Sequence record: PP496998.1
Direction: 5' to 3' (one strand)
Source: Escherichia phage EC.W14-3
Length of the DNA stretch: 64,000 bases
A program made the translations under genes and the position numbers. The notes beneath the pieces were generated by a model. It was not told where the DNA came from. It saw only the letters and a list, made by a program, of their open reading frames with translations, and made no database searches. Positions 30,571 to 41,328 of the stretch are shown here, in pieces (positions within the stretch are counted from its first letter, which is position 1; each line of letters opens with the position of its first letter).

Positions 30571-33129
30571 TTACTCAGAAGGCATTTCAACACGAACTGA
30601 AATAAAAGCATCACTCGGGATATCAATAGGATCACCGTCAGAAAAACCTTCTATCTCATTTCTAGAAAAAACCGGAGAGGTTGGATGGGTTCTGTGATAG
30701 GTTTTAACTAAAATAGAACCATCTTCTTTAATCTCATAGTCCAGCCAAACCCTAGGTTGTTTGTTGCGGTCAGTAGGGATTTCAAAGCCGCCGTCAATGC
30801 CTCCCCATTTTGCATCTGCGTTTAAGCCAAGGCAACCGGTAATCAAGTACTCACCAACACCTTGCCGAATGACATTAACCCCCTCAGATTCCTCGTTCGT
30901 CTCATATCGACCGTCGGAGTAAATATGAACTACCGGAGATGCCGCTTTGATAAATCCGTTTACATCAACAGTGGTGTTTTTGTTTGTAAGACAATGGACA
31001 TATTTTATTGTTCCGTCTGCAATCTTTATTGCGTAAGATATGCGACCGTATTGTGAGGCTTCGCCACCAGACCCTGCATATGACACACCGTGGGCAATCC
31101 AGAAGTTAGTATCCTCTGGCTGCATATACCAGTAGCAGTTAAACAAGTCTAAAGTAAACAGGCCGTTCCCGGAGGCATGTTGGACACGATCCCCAGTACC
31201 ACCTACGCCTGAATTTGCTGGGGTGTTACTTAGCGCTCCAATATTGAACCTTGCACCAGCAGCATCTCCAGCCCCTGTCCCACCATTAGCAATAGGTACA
31301 TTATCCAGAGTAGAAACACTTCCCAACCCTAGATTAGAACGAGCACTAGCAGCATTTTTAGCTCCAGTGCCTCCTCTTTCAACACCTAGAGCCAAATCGC
31401 CAACTCTTCCAGGCGAGGTACTGTAACATCCCCACCCATTATTATCCACAAAGAGGTAGGTTTCTTTGTTAGGAGATAGTAATCTACTCTCCCCAGAGGC
31501 TTGATCAACTCTATCTATAGATAAATTGGAACGAGCAGCATCAACAGTAGTTGCCCCTGTACCACCATTAGCTATAGGAATTGTGTTGAGTGTAGCTATG
31601 GAGCTTAGACCTAGATTAGAACGAGCACTAGCAGCGTCTTTAGCTCCAGTGCCTCCTTGTGTGACAGACAGTGCTGTAGTGAGTCCCGTGAGGGATGTTA
31701 TATCAGAGTTTGTACCAGAAGCGGCAGCACCTAAAATTGATCTGGAGATGTTCACATTACCAGTAATCTCATCAGGAGCTTGGTTATTTACAGTAACAAC
31801 ATAAGGTTTCTGAGCCTGTACAGACCCATTGTACTGAGAGTCTTTATCAGAATCTGGTGCTCTTATTGCCTCCCCTCCAGTCCAATCAGGAAGTCGAATG
31901 TTGATAAAATTAGTAGAATCTGCATCGGTAATACCATCTGCCAATTTACCCCAAGAGAAGTATTGTTTAGCCCCTGCTTGCCATTCAGTTTCAGAAACAA
32001 CAGGAAGTTGTCCACTGACAAGGGATGGGCCTAAATCTGAAGCAGACTCTTTAGACACTAGACGACCATCGGCTGGAAGAACGCCCGGATAGGAGATATT
32101 CTTTGTTGGGTCATAAGGGAACATTACCATCTCACCAAGATATAGAGAAGGGTTTCCTGTTGGAATGGTAATGTCAATATTACCACTGGAGTCTGGAGAA
32201 CGGGAATTAACAGTAAGAATTCTACCTTCAGTTTTAACAGGAGTTAATGTTTTGTTAGCAGCAACAGTATAAAATTCATACTTAGTAGCTTCCCAAACTA
32301 AGACCTTCTCACCAACTTGGCGATACTGAGCGTCAGCATCAGCTTCTGCTTTAGATTGATATGTCTTGGTGGTTTTATCAAACTTGTCATTAATCTCTTG
32401 ACGACTGTACTGAGCAACGTTCAGAACATTTCCTAAACCTACCGTCTCTTTGTTAAGCGTTAGAGCAACCTCTCCATCAAGAGCTGGACCGCCGTTAATA
32501 GAGACAGAACGGACAGATGGGATTAAGTTAGCAATGTTATCTAGAGTAGTTTTGTGGACGGTGTTGTCATCTTTGTCAACATAGAAACCTAAATCACCTA
32601 GCTCTGGAACACCTGTAGGTGCTGTATCCAAATCCTTAACAGAACCATCTTTTCCGGGATCACCTTCTGGAATACCTAAAGAGATTACACCAGTGTTAGG
32701 ATTAAAAGAGCCAGTAGCTGGAGTTCCCGGAGGGAGAGTTGTTACATCAACAGACATTCCTAACAGAACATCAAGCTGATTCTGGACTTCAATAAGTTTT
32801 TGGTTAATGAGAGCAACGGCATTATTAGCATCCGATACTGCTGCGTTGGTTTGGGCAATCAGAGTCATCAAACGAGCATCTTGATCCTTAAAATCCTGCT
32901 TAAGATCTTCAATATCCTGCTTCATCAGAACACCCTGTTGATATAGACGCTCTACTTCAGCGATTAAATCATCAATTGTACCAAACTTAGATTCTGCTAG
33001 CAGTGCCCAATATTTGGAGTCAGCTGCATATTCTGCTGCTTGCTTGTAAGCTCCGATAGAGCCTTCAGTAGCACCAAACTGCCCAACGTTATTCACTGCA
33101 TCAGGTGCTTGGTTATTATAAACGATCAT
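30571..33129 (-). CDS. tail fibre protein
   Basis: N-terminal coiled coil; repeated GGTGAKDAASARSNLGL / ANGGTGA blocks. Confidence 0.55.
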   Translation of the reverse strand: MIVYNNQAPDAVNNVGQFGATEGSIGAYKQAAEYAADSKYWALLAESKFGTIDDLIAEVERLYQQGVLMKQDIEDLKQDFKDQDARLMTLIAQTNAAVSDANNAVALINQKLIEVQNQLDVLLGMSVDVTTLPPGTPATGSFNPNTGVISLGIPEGDPGKDGSVKDLDTAPTGVPELGDLGFYVDKDDNTVHKTTLDNIANLIPSVRSVSINGGPALDGEVALTLNKETVGLGNVLNVAQYSRQEINDKFDKTTKTYQSKAEADADAQYRQVGEKVLVWEATKYEFYTVAANKTLTPVKTEGRILTVNSRSPDSSGNIDITIPTGNPSLYLGEMVMFPYDPTKNISYPGVLPADGRLVSKESASDLGPSLVSGQLPVVSETEWQAGAKQYFSWGKLADGITDADSTNFINIRLPDWTGGEAIRAPDSDKDSQYNGSVQAQKPYVVTVNNQAPDEITGNVNISRSILGAAASGTNSDITSLTGLTTALSVTQGGTGAKDAASARSNLGLSSIATLNTIPIANGGTGATTVDAARSNLSIDRVDQASGESRLLSPNKETYLFVDNNGWGCYSTSPGRVGDLALGVERGGTGAKNAASARSNLGLGSVSTLDNVPIANGGTGAGDAAGARFNIGALSNTPANSGVGGTGDRVQHASGNGLFTLDLFNCYWYMQPEDTNFWIAHGVSYAGSGGEASQYGRISYAIKIADGTIKYVHCLTNKNTTVDVNGFIKAASPVVHIYSDGRYETNEESEGVNVIRQGVGEYLITGCLGLNADAKWGGIDGGFEIPTDRNKQPRVWLDYEIKEDGSILVKTYHRTHPTSPVFSRNEIEGFSDGDPIDIPSDAFISVRVEMPSE

Positions 33130-33138
33130 ATTATCTCC

Positions 33139-33891
33139 TTATACACGAGAAGTACGAATACCATAAATATCAGGCAAGCTGCTCTGAAGCCGAGTCATGT
33201 TATTCGGAATTGCGATAGGTGAACCTGAGTACTCTTGTTTCTTATTCTGCTCTACCATTTCATCAAGGATAGCTTTTCCTAATGCTGACCATTTCTGAAC
33301 ACCGTTATCATCTTGAACAAAGAGACAAGCATGACGTAGGGTGAAGTACAGAAGAAGTTCTGGTGCGATAGTAAGAATAGCACTGGTATCTGTATCTTCG
33401 TGGAATTCCGGTGGGTCTGCATAATAGCTAAGAATCACTGAGTTTTCTGCTGGAATTAAAGGGCTTCCATCATCAGGATAAACAGGAGTATCTGCTTCAA
33501 TACTAGGGTAGAAAATGAAACGACTCCCGAAACGAGCAAAGTTAACAGGTTGGTTATTCCAGTGAGATGGATTAATTGTTCCATGCTGTCTACGATAGCT
33601 AATCTCCTCAGGAGAGGTTACTTGGAAGATTGTACCATCTTTGGCTCTCATCATCCATTGAGCTTCTAAGTAATCAGGAGGAATATAAGCTACTCCATCT
33701 TTGATATCTAAATACACTTCTTTTTCCAGAGGAGGAATACGTAAGTTACGATAAATCTCTTTCTCTGCAAAGTTAATAAAGTTTGGAATTTGATTAACAA
33801 ATTCATCGTCGTCCCTATCTGCCCAGAGGGCCACGGCCTTCTTTAGCCACCCATAGGTATTGATGGGGTATTGAACATCTGGCATTGCCAT
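33139..33891 (-). CDS. virion protein (head-tail adaptor or tail protein, putative)
   Basis: 250 aa; position after capsid genes; preceded by terminator and TAATGTATA motif. Confidence 0.35.
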   Translation of the reverse strand: MAMPDVQYPINTYGWLKKAVALWADRDDDEFVNQIPNFINFAEKEIYRNLRIPPLEKEVYLDIKDGVAYIPPDYLEAQWMMRAKDGTIFQVTSPEEISYRRQHGTINPSHWNNQPVNFARFGSRFIFYPSIEADTPVYPDDGSPLIPAENSVILSYYADPPEFHEDTDTSAILTIAPELLLYFTLRHACLFVQDDNGVQKWSALGKAILDEMVEQNKKQEYSGSPIAIPNNMTRLQSSLPDIYGIRTSRV

Positions 33892-33924
33892 AGGTTGTCC
33901 TCCTTGTTATATGTAGACAAAGAA

Positions 33925-33933
33925 TATACATTA
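33925..33933 (-). promoter_or_regulatory. TAATGTATA motif, candidate phage-sigma promoter upstream of 33139..33891
   Basis: exact 9-mer (as reverse complement) about 35 nt upstream of the ATG, just after a terminator hairpin. Confidence 0.4.
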
Positions 33934-33961
33934 CACACTAGCTTGTATAGGTCTTAAAACG

Positions 33962-33990
33962 AAAAAACCCCGCCCGAAGGCAGGGTCTGA
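33962..33990 (-). terminator. rho-independent terminator after the capsid genes
   Basis: CCCTGCC-TTCG-GGCGGGG hairpin followed by TTTTTT on the minus strand. Confidence 0.55.
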
Positions 33991-33992
33991 TT

Positions 33993-34535
33993 TTAAGCAG
34001 GTGTTACACCAGTAAAAGTGCATGTTGCATTGATGGACGGGTCAGCTGTCAAACTTGCTTGAACAGTAACTTCGCCACTTGCAGCAGCATCTAAGGTTAA
34101 CGCACCAGCGGCGCTTACTGTACCGGCTTCTGTAGGAGTTACAACAAACGTGTAATCCGCAGCAGCAGAGTTAGTTACAGTAAACATGGTAGTGAAATTA
34201 GTGGAAGAACCACCAGTTTTACCCGTAATTGGACCCTTAGCTACAATAGTAGGAGCAGGAGCAACAATTTCAGAAATGGTTGCTGTACCAGAAACACCTT
34301 CTAAAGTTGCAGTAATGGATACATCAGTGGATTGAGACGCACTCGGAGCAGTATACAAACCAGACTGAGTGATAGAACCACCTCCTGTCACTGACCAAGT
34401 AAAGCCAGTTGTTTCGGTAGAACCATCACTTTTCTCCGCGCTTGCAGTGAACTGCCGAGTAGCCCCTGTCTCTAGACTTGCTAAAGACGCAGGGCTAACA
34501 GTCACACTGTCTACTGTTACGCCGCCACCTTTCCC
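33993..34535 (-). CDS. Ig-like (Big_2-type) domain ORF in the -1 frame of the capsid gene; likely expressed as a frameshift extension
   Basis: no SD upstream of its GTG; frame open back across the capsid stop; slippery heptamer GGGAAAG at 34529..34535; Thr/Ser/Gly-rich beta-sandwich-like sequence. Confidence 0.45.
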   Translation of the reverse strand, partial: GKGGGVTVDSVTVSPASLASLETGATRQFTASAEKSDGSTETTGFTWSVTGGGSITQSGLYTAPSASQSTDVSITATLEGVSGTATISEIVAPAPTIVAKGPITGKTGGSSTNFTTMFTVTNSAAADYTFVVTPTEAGTVSAAGALTLDAAASGEVTVQASLTADPSINATCTFTGVTPA

Positions 34536-35575
34536 GCAGCAGTGAACAGAACGCCGGAAGCATACGGGTTGCGGTGACGCAGACCAACTTCCATTTCAAT
34601 CATCCACTTCTCGTAAGAACCGTCTTTAGCCAGTTCAGTACGTTTCGGAGCACGCAGAACCATCTGAGTCCAGTCAGCGCTACGGAAGAAGTAAACTGCA
34701 TCGGTAGGCATCCAACGGTTAACGATGATTTTGTAGCTCTGGCCCAGCGGGTCAGTGATGCTGTTAACTTCGTAGATGAACTGCTTGGTGTTCTCAAAGA
34801 TACGCTTACGTGAACCCTGAGTATTTTCTTGCAGACCAGCAAAGATCTTAGCATGAGCCGGGTTAATCATGATGATATCTGCTTCAGAACCAGCGGTATA
34901 CAGTTGCAGAGTCATATCAAAGATATCAGCTTCGTCGAAACCAATGTTAGTGGTCGGGTTAGAAGCATTCTGTGCAACTTTAACAGTTACTGCACCAGTG
35001 TCCGGGTCAGCAGGACCATTCTTGGTCTTGTCAACAACGCCACCAGCCAGACCACCGTGAGCACACAGGAACTGGAATGCACCAGTCTTACGAGCTGCAT
35101 GGGTGTCATTCAGACCAACAACAGCAGGATCAGTTGCAGAGTTAGTCAGATACTGGTCAGCCAGAACGTCGGTACGAGCCTGACCGGACAGAAGGATTTT
35201 CTCGAGGTCACGCTTGATCTCTTTACCTTTCTTCTCCAGCTGATACATCAGTTCACGACCACGACCGTAGTTAGCGGTGGTGTTAGCAGTATCAGAAACA
35301 CGAACAACCTTACGCAGAATCTGAGTAACGTTAGATTTGATAACAGTCGGTTTCATTTCACCGTCTTCAGCACGAGAGCCTTCGACGTGTGCGTTATTAC
35401 CGTCAACGCTTGCCAGTGCATCGGTCTGCCAGCTAAAGATAGTCTGGTTGATAGACTCTTTACCGGTCATAGATACGAACGGGGTATCCTGAGGGGACAG
35501 AACAGAAATCCAGTTAGCAAAAGAAAGTTTTTTACCATTCTGGTCATACGATACAAATAAAGTTGGATTAGCCAT
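34517..35575 (-). CDS. major capsid protein (putative)
   Basis: 352 aa; directly after scaffold-like gene, followed by Ig-like extension and strong terminator; TAGGAG SD. Confidence 0.6.
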   Translation of the reverse strand: MANPTLFVSYDQNGKKLSFANWISVLSPQDTPFVSMTGKESINQTIFSWQTDALASVDGNNAHVEGSRAEDGEMKPTVIKSNVTQILRKVVRVSDTANTTANYGRGRELMYQLEKKGKEIKRDLEKILLSGQARTDVLADQYLTNSATDPAVVGLNDTHAARKTGAFQFLCAHGGLAGGVVDKTKNGPADPDTGAVTVKVAQNASNPTTNIGFDEADIFDMTLQLYTAGSEADIIMINPAHAKIFAGLQENTQGSRKRIFENTKQFIYEVNSITDPLGQSYKIIVNRWMPTDAVYFFRSADWTQMVLRAPKRTELAKDGSYEKWMIEMEVGLRHRNPYASGVLFTAAGKVAA

Positions 35576-35616
35576 GTTATGTTAGCTCCTATACTATTAA
35601 TAATTTAATTTGTCGA

Positions 35617-36693
35617 TTAATCTACGAGGAATTTGAATGCGTCTTCGTGACTAACGCGACCCTCTGCGAATGCCTTGGCAACCTTAGCGTTGTCGGGCTT
35701 ATTGGAAGTGCGAGACTTTGCAGCATCAGACTTCACAACCTTGCGTGGAGCACCGGGACGTTTAATCTTAGCCATCACCTGTTGCTTACCTTTATCAAAT
35801 TGGTATGCTTTGTGGAGAGCTAGGAAAATAGACGGACGGTTTTCCTTCAATACTTCTTCTTCAGTAGCACCTAAGTCAATTGCGTATTGCATTAAGTTTT
35901 GATATAAGTTTTCATCCCAATTTGGAATCTCACGTTTCAGAATATTAACACATTCAATACTCTTGGCTTGGAAAGCTTCCTGCTCTTTAGCTGCTGCTTC
36001 CTGCTTAATACGGACCTGAGCCTGTTCAAGCTGTTGACGGCGAGCTGTGTACTTCTCTAGGAAACGTTTGTTTTCAACATATGCTTGAGGATCTTCTACT
36101 GCAAGCTTGTCCCAATCAAAACCGTTATAATCTTCAATTACTCGGTCTGCTTCTAAAGACGCTAGTTCTAATACATCCTTCAAACCTACTACACGTTCCT
36201 CGAATGCTTCCATATGACGCTGAAGAGTTGATTCTCGTTCTGTCATATCAGCACCAGTAAGATAGCCATTAGAAAGTTCTTCAATAGTCATCTCACGTCC
36301 ATCAGGAAGGGTGATAACGGTTTCGTAGTCTACATCAAAGACTTCACCTTCACCGTCAGCAGAATCATCTTCATACTCTGCATCGCTTGAATCTTCTTCC
36401 TCTTGTTCTTCTGCTTCAGAGGATTCGTCTTCATCTTCTTCGACTTCGCCTTCCTCTTCACGATCTTCCCAACCATCTTCATCTTCGAACTTAAGCTCAT
36501 CGCTTTCACCGAGAAGGTCGGTATCAAAGTCGAAATCGTCACCGTCTTTTTCCGGGAACTCATCGTCAATGTCCACTTCTGGTTCTTGTTCAGATTCTAA
36601 TCGACCGAGTTCTTCTTTGAAAGAACCTTTCAGGTCATCCAGTTGGAGGAAAGATTTAAAATCGTTCGGGTCAATATAATTATCTTGTGGCAT
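35617..36693 (-). CDS. scaffolding protein (putative)
   Basis: highly acidic N-terminal half (runs of E/D) and helical C-terminal half; between portal and capsid. Confidence 0.5.
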   Translation of the reverse strand: MPQDNYIDPNDFKSFLQLDDLKGSFKEELGRLESEQEPEVDIDDEFPEKDGDDFDFDTDLLGESDELKFEDEDGWEDREEEGEVEEDEDESSEAEEQEEEDSSDAEYEDDSADGEGEVFDVDYETVITLPDGREMTIEELSNGYLTGADMTERESTLQRHMEAFEERVVGLKDVLELASLEADRVIEDYNGFDWDKLAVEDPQAYVENKRFLEKYTARRQQLEQAQVRIKQEAAAKEQEAFQAKSIECVNILKREIPNWDENLYQNLMQYAIDLGATEEEVLKENRPSIFLALHKAYQFDKGKQQVMAKIKRPGAPRKVVKSDAAKSRTSNKPDNAKVAKAFAEGRVSHEDAFKFLVD

Positions 36694-36929
36694 TATGAAA
36701 CATCTCCTGCACTATTGATAGCAGCTTTTATGACCTCTTTTAAGCTACCAACCATTTTATACTTTTGATAACAATCTTCGCGTTTCTTATTCTCATGAGG
36801 TTCTGTTTGAACTATCTCTGTCATGAGTCTTTCTTTCAATGCCTCTAATGCTGCGTCAAGACTGCCGTTAAGGTTGAGAGCCGCCAAAGCGGCGGCGTGC
36901 TCTTTATTAAATTGATGTCTAATGTTCAT
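36693..36929 (-). CDS. hypothetical protein
   Basis: ORF track; between portal and scaffold. Confidence 0.35.
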   Translation of the reverse strand: MNIRHQFNKEHAAALAALNLNGSLDAALEALKERLMTEIVQTEPHENKKREDCYQKYKMVGSLKEVIKAAINSAGDVS

Positions 36930-36938
36930 TCGACGTCC

Positions 36939-39182
36939 TTAGTTTTTACTTCCAAGACGTTTGCCTGGAATCCGTGAATCTTTGAGAGAAGCTTGTTGCT
37001 CTTTCTTAGTTACATTAGCTTCTTTCTTTTGGAGTTCCAAAGTTTTATCCTGAACACGAGCTTGCTGAACAATCTTCTCTTGGTCTACCTGATGCTCCAT
37101 AACCATCTGCAATTCTTTCAGTACAGACTCATACTGACGGACCTGCTGTTGCATAAGAGCTAACTTGTGCTTAGCTTGTTCCAGAGTAGCATTGTTATCC
37201 TCTTTACGGTTTTCCAGAGTCATAGCATCTGCTGCATTTTCTTGCTTGAACTGCAACTCTTCCTGACGCAGACTTAATTCATCCGCAGCTTTCTGCTGTT
37301 CGAATGTAGTACGTTCACGTTGGTCGAATGCATCAGCAATCATCTTCTGAGAAGAAGCCTGTACGTTCTCAACCTGTGCTTTAGTCATCTCGAGTTGGAG
37401 GATTTCCATTGGAGACGGCTCAGGAGGCTGATACTGTTCCAGAGGCAGTAAGTATTTATGAGTGTCCTTAATACCCATCAACTCAAAGATCTGTGCAGTC
37501 ATGTAACGGTCTTGCTCCAAACCGAAGAGAGGTGCTAACTGTGCATCTGCTGCAATCAGCTGTTTCAAGCTAATCAGTTTCTGTGCACGTTCTGCTTTCT
37601 CATTAGGAGAGATAGCTACAACAACTTGAAGATTGTGACGAGCTGGCAATTGTTTCGGATTTACCTGAACCATACCACGAGGGGTTTGTACCTCAATAGG
37701 AACTTCACCATTTTCTCTGATAAGGCTGTAAATACCACGCATCAATTCAACCATACCATTGTGAGCAATGTTACGACATACCATACGGAGACGGTTCTGT
37801 GCAGCATTCATCATCAAGCCTACAGTTGCATAAGCGTTATCATTCTTAAACACATCAGGGTTGATACCCATGCCTAGTTTGGTTACACCTGTACGTGTCT
37901 CTTTAAGCTCCTCAGACATGCCTAGGAGGCCGTCAATACCTTGAGGTAGGTTATGGTATGGGAACAGGTCAATAGCGTCCTGACGTTCCATTTCAACCAC
38001 TCCACCGGGACGGTTATCAAGCAGAGAGCGACGGTCGTATGCACCAACAAGAGCTTTGTATCGACCATAGTTAGCATTGTTGACGTTATCAATATAACCA
38101 CGAACTAACGCGGTACGTAAATCTTGAATATCTTTCGTAATGTCATAGACCGATTGACCATAGAAGGAACCCGGAATCGGATATGGGCAGAAGGTTACAA
38201 ACGGAATGTGAGTTACTTCTTCAGTGTGAAGGATATGCTCACCAGCTTGGATAACCTGATAGAGTTTAGACTCTTTATTCTTATCTAGAACACCAGTACG
38301 AATGTAGTGCTCGTAAACCCAAACCATAGAAGCGATATCTTCGGTATCTGTACCAATATCAGCATCAATATCTTGACGCCAGTCAGTACGAGACCAAGCA
38401 ACTGTAGATTGAGTAGTATCCATCGTGTCTGTCCAGTCGTTGAATGCTTCAATCTCATCTTTAGGGAAGCCCATAGCAACCAGATCTTCTTTAGAACGAC
38501 GTACACGATGACAGAAGTATTGTGCATCTGCAAAAGAGGTAGCATGTTCATCAACAAAGATTTGCTCTGAAGGAACATATTCAACTTTCACACGTTTAAC
38601 AGTTTGTTCGTAAGTAACTTTAACATCGACTGTACCGTCTTCATTTTCTTCAGTGAAGACTTCCAGATTCTTGAGTCCACCAGCTTCTAATCCCTGAACA
38701 TATGCAGCCAATGCTTCCGGTGGTACACCTTCAGCTTCTTCAGTTTGAGTAGAAGTTTGTTCATCCCAATAATACTTGATAAAAGAGTTACGAGTAACTA
38801 GACATTCTTGTGCAGCAGAAGAGATAATATTGTATCCCGGATTATCACGCAGAAGAATTTGGTTAACTAATTTAGTTGCTACATCAGCAGCATCAGAATC
38901 CTGTTGGTTGTCAGCTACGAAAGTAACTGCTTCATCACCAGAACAGAATACGTTAATAATATCTTGCAATGTACCGTTAACAGATTCCCAAACAGTACGA
39001 TCTACCCAACTAGAGCTGCCAGCAGTTACTGGTGCAGGTAAGTTACCATAGAAATATTCCCAAGCTTCACGAGCATAGCCCTTAACAGCCATGTCCACGT
39101 AACCTTGAGCGTAATTAAAACGACGTTGAAGGTCAACACGTAACTCGTCCAACACCTCTTCACTATATTTTTGCTTAGCCAT
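36939..39182 (-). CDS. portal protein (putative)
   Basis: 747 aa directly after the large terminase; C-terminal coiled coil. Confidence 0.6.
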   Translation of the reverse strand: MAKQKYSEEVLDELRVDLQRRFNYAQGYVDMAVKGYAREAWEYFYGNLPAPVTAGSSSWVDRTVWESVNGTLQDIINVFCSGDEAVTFVADNQQDSDAADVATKLVNQILLRDNPGYNIISSAAQECLVTRNSFIKYYWDEQTSTQTEEAEGVPPEALAAYVQGLEAGGLKNLEVFTEENEDGTVDVKVTYEQTVKRVKVEYVPSEQIFVDEHATSFADAQYFCHRVRRSKEDLVAMGFPKDEIEAFNDWTDTMDTTQSTVAWSRTDWRQDIDADIGTDTEDIASMVWVYEHYIRTGVLDKNKESKLYQVIQAGEHILHTEEVTHIPFVTFCPYPIPGSFYGQSVYDITKDIQDLRTALVRGYIDNVNNANYGRYKALVGAYDRRSLLDNRPGGVVEMERQDAIDLFPYHNLPQGIDGLLGMSEELKETRTGVTKLGMGINPDVFKNDNAYATVGLMMNAAQNRLRMVCRNIAHNGMVELMRGIYSLIRENGEVPIEVQTPRGMVQVNPKQLPARHNLQVVVAISPNEKAERAQKLISLKQLIAADAQLAPLFGLEQDRYMTAQIFELMGIKDTHKYLLPLEQYQPPEPSPMEILQLEMTKAQVENVQASSQKMIADAFDQRERTTFEQQKAADELSLRQEELQFKQENAADAMTLENRKEDNNATLEQAKHKLALMQQQVRQYESVLKELQMVMEHQVDQEKIVQQARVQDKTLELQKKEANVTKKEQQASLKDSRIPGKRLGSKN

Positions 39183-39243
39183 CTATTCTCTCCCTCGGTT
39201 GATAGCTTAAATAAAAGAAGGGAGGACAAACCTCCCCCTTACT

Positions 39244-40785
39244 TTAGTAACTCTGATTCCATCTGCTTACGTTTGCCTCATACAGAGAAGCACTTCCGTA
39301 GCTAACGTCATGCTTAGAGCGACCACGATGTGTAACAGAGCACGCTGAATAGCGCATTGCATCCATTAAGTCATCATGTTCTTTAATAATCTTACCAACC
39401 TTACGGTGATATCTAGCTTTCTCTTCGAATAGCTTAGCATTAGCGGCTGTGTTAAAGATTTTAAAGCGTCCACTCATCATTCTTTCTCGGATATCTGTGA
39501 TTCCCGGTTCTACAAAGAAGTTCTTTTTACCATCCATTCCAATTTTGTTGTAGAAGGTCTCACTCTGTACGTTAACTCCTGCATTCTTATAGAATTGAGC
39601 AACAGATGAGCCACTACCTTTCTCAATATTGTCCGCATCGTGCGGTAGGATGACAGGAATCCACTGACCACGACCATTAATAGCTGGAGCATGATACACT
39701 GGAGTAAAGCCACCTTCTTTATATGAGTCGTAAACATAGATAGTATCCGTGTTTGCATCGTAAGCTGTCCAAACAGCAGCAGTTGGGTGATCAATACCAA
39801 TATCAATTGCACAGACACGTTTCCACGTATCAGGAATTTCGAATGGTTCACATTTAATTGTGTCATCCGATACATCATAAATCAAACCACTTCCTAACAA
39901 TGGCATACCTTTCGAACGCATCTCTAACTGCCACGCTGGAATACCTTCAGTCATATCTTTTATATCTTGGTCAGTGATATGTCCACCTAGGTCTGCATGA
40001 GCATCCCACCAAGAAGCGTTCTGGAAATATAGAGAACCTGTGTTCTCATCCCCTTCGCCTTTCATAAATTTATCTACCAGTTCAGTTAAACCGTTCTCTG
40101 GTGTAGCTGTAATTGTAACTAGACCTTTAGTTGTGAGTGTACGTGTGACGCACTGTGCGAATATAGCCATAGACTCGTATGGATCTTCTTCGTCTAACCA
40201 AATGTAGTCAACTGTTGCACCCATCAATGTGTGTTCACCCTGTTGGGTTGAACGGAATTCTAATGTACTTAAACCGTCAAACTCCCCTCTCTCATTTTGA
40301 TGTTTGATTTGTACGATTTGAAGTTTGTTACCATCTCGTTCTATCGTGTCAATGACGATAGCATCACGAGGAATGACACCTGTCCCCAATAAGTTTGTAT
40401 CCTTTCCGATAGGTGTACCAAACAATTCCTTTTGCAATACTTTCCTTGTGGAATCCCCTGTAATACCAACTGCCCATGCTAAGATAGGTCTTTTAAATTT
40501 ATATCCTGTCCACCAAGTTGGGTAGCGACCTGTGACATGACAAGCAAACTCGTATGCCTCGCTATAAGATTTACCAACACGGTTCGCTGCACACAAGAAT
40601 CTAAAGCGATGCTTCAATCCTGCTGCATAAAATTTCTTTTGGAAGTCATACGCCTTGAAAGACAAAATCTTATTATACTTCCTCCATTGGTCACGCTCTT
40701 TCAACATATTCAATAGTGCTTTCTTTTCCTCTACACTAAGATTGTTACCAGTTAGAGCTTCATAAATTTGTTTATCTAATGACAT
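39244..40785 (-). CDS. terminase large subunit
   Basis: Walker A-like CAANRVGKSY, Walker B-like IWLDEED, C-terminal nuclease-like region; 513 aa. Confidence 0.75.
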   Translation of the reverse strand: MSLDKQIYEALTGNNLSVEEKKALLNMLKERDQWRKYNKILSFKAYDFQKKFYAAGLKHRFRFLCAANRVGKSYSEAYEFACHVTGRYPTWWTGYKFKRPILAWAVGITGDSTRKVLQKELFGTPIGKDTNLLGTGVIPRDAIVIDTIERDGNKLQIVQIKHQNERGEFDGLSTLEFRSTQQGEHTLMGATVDYIWLDEEDPYESMAIFAQCVTRTLTTKGLVTITATPENGLTELVDKFMKGEGDENTGSLYFQNASWWDAHADLGGHITDQDIKDMTEGIPAWQLEMRSKGMPLLGSGLIYDVSDDTIKCEPFEIPDTWKRVCAIDIGIDHPTAAVWTAYDANTDTIYVYDSYKEGGFTPVYHAPAINGRGQWIPVILPHDADNIEKGSGSSVAQFYKNAGVNVQSETFYNKIGMDGKKNFFVEPGITDIRERMMSGRFKIFNTAANAKLFEEKARYHRKVGKIIKEHDDLMDAMRYSACSVTHRGRSKHDVSYGSASLYEANVSRWNQSY

Positions 40786-40854
40786 ACTTCCTCCAGTTTA
40801 AAAATAGAAAAGGGAAAGTCCCTTCGTCAAAGAACCTCCCCTTCTTTCCTTTAC

Positions 40855-41328
40855 TTAACTCTCGTCCGCTTCCTCCCCCTTTTCAGCGTCCTCAGAGTTG
40901 TCTTCTTCTGGAGGCATAACGTCGATACCAAGTGCTCCAGTCAAGAAGTCCTTGATTTGTGCATTCAATGATTCTTCGTTGATTACATTCTCTTCCTCAA
41001 TCTTAACTTCAACAGAGGCCGCCTTAGGATATACCAGATCTGCAACTTTTGATGCAGCCTTGAATCTAAGATCAGGTGGAATATTAGGATCTTCGTAAAT
41101 TTGAATTAACACTTCATCAGGAGACAAATGACTTGCAGCAACACGGTCCAACATTAATTGTGTCAGTTTACCTCTACTACCTCTGGGTCGTCCGAATTTA
41201 TTTCCCTTTTGAAACTTCCCATTGCTTGGGTTCATACCACGGCCTTCAAGTTCTTCCGTTACTCCGGGTAATCTTCCTGTAATCTCAGCTACCTGTGCAG
41301 GCGTGAGTTCTCCGTTTTCTCCAAACAT
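40855..41328 (-). CDS. terminase small subunit (putative)
   Basis: 157 aa immediately upstream of the large terminase; basic central region, acidic tail. Confidence 0.4.
   Translation of the reverse strand: MFGENGELTPAQVAEITGRLPGVTEELEGRGMNPSNGKFQKGNKFGRPRGSRGKLTQLMLDRVAASHLSPDEVLIQIYEDPNIPPDLRFKAASKVADLVYPKAASVEVKIEEENVINEESLNAQIKDFLTGALGIDVMPPEEDNSEDAEKGEEADES

Noticed and set aside
34574-35560. ORFs overlapping the major capsid gene (34574..34813 +, 34829..35560 +, 34600..34854 -)
   Set aside because: Antisense or alternative-frame to a well-supported structural gene; no SD or motif
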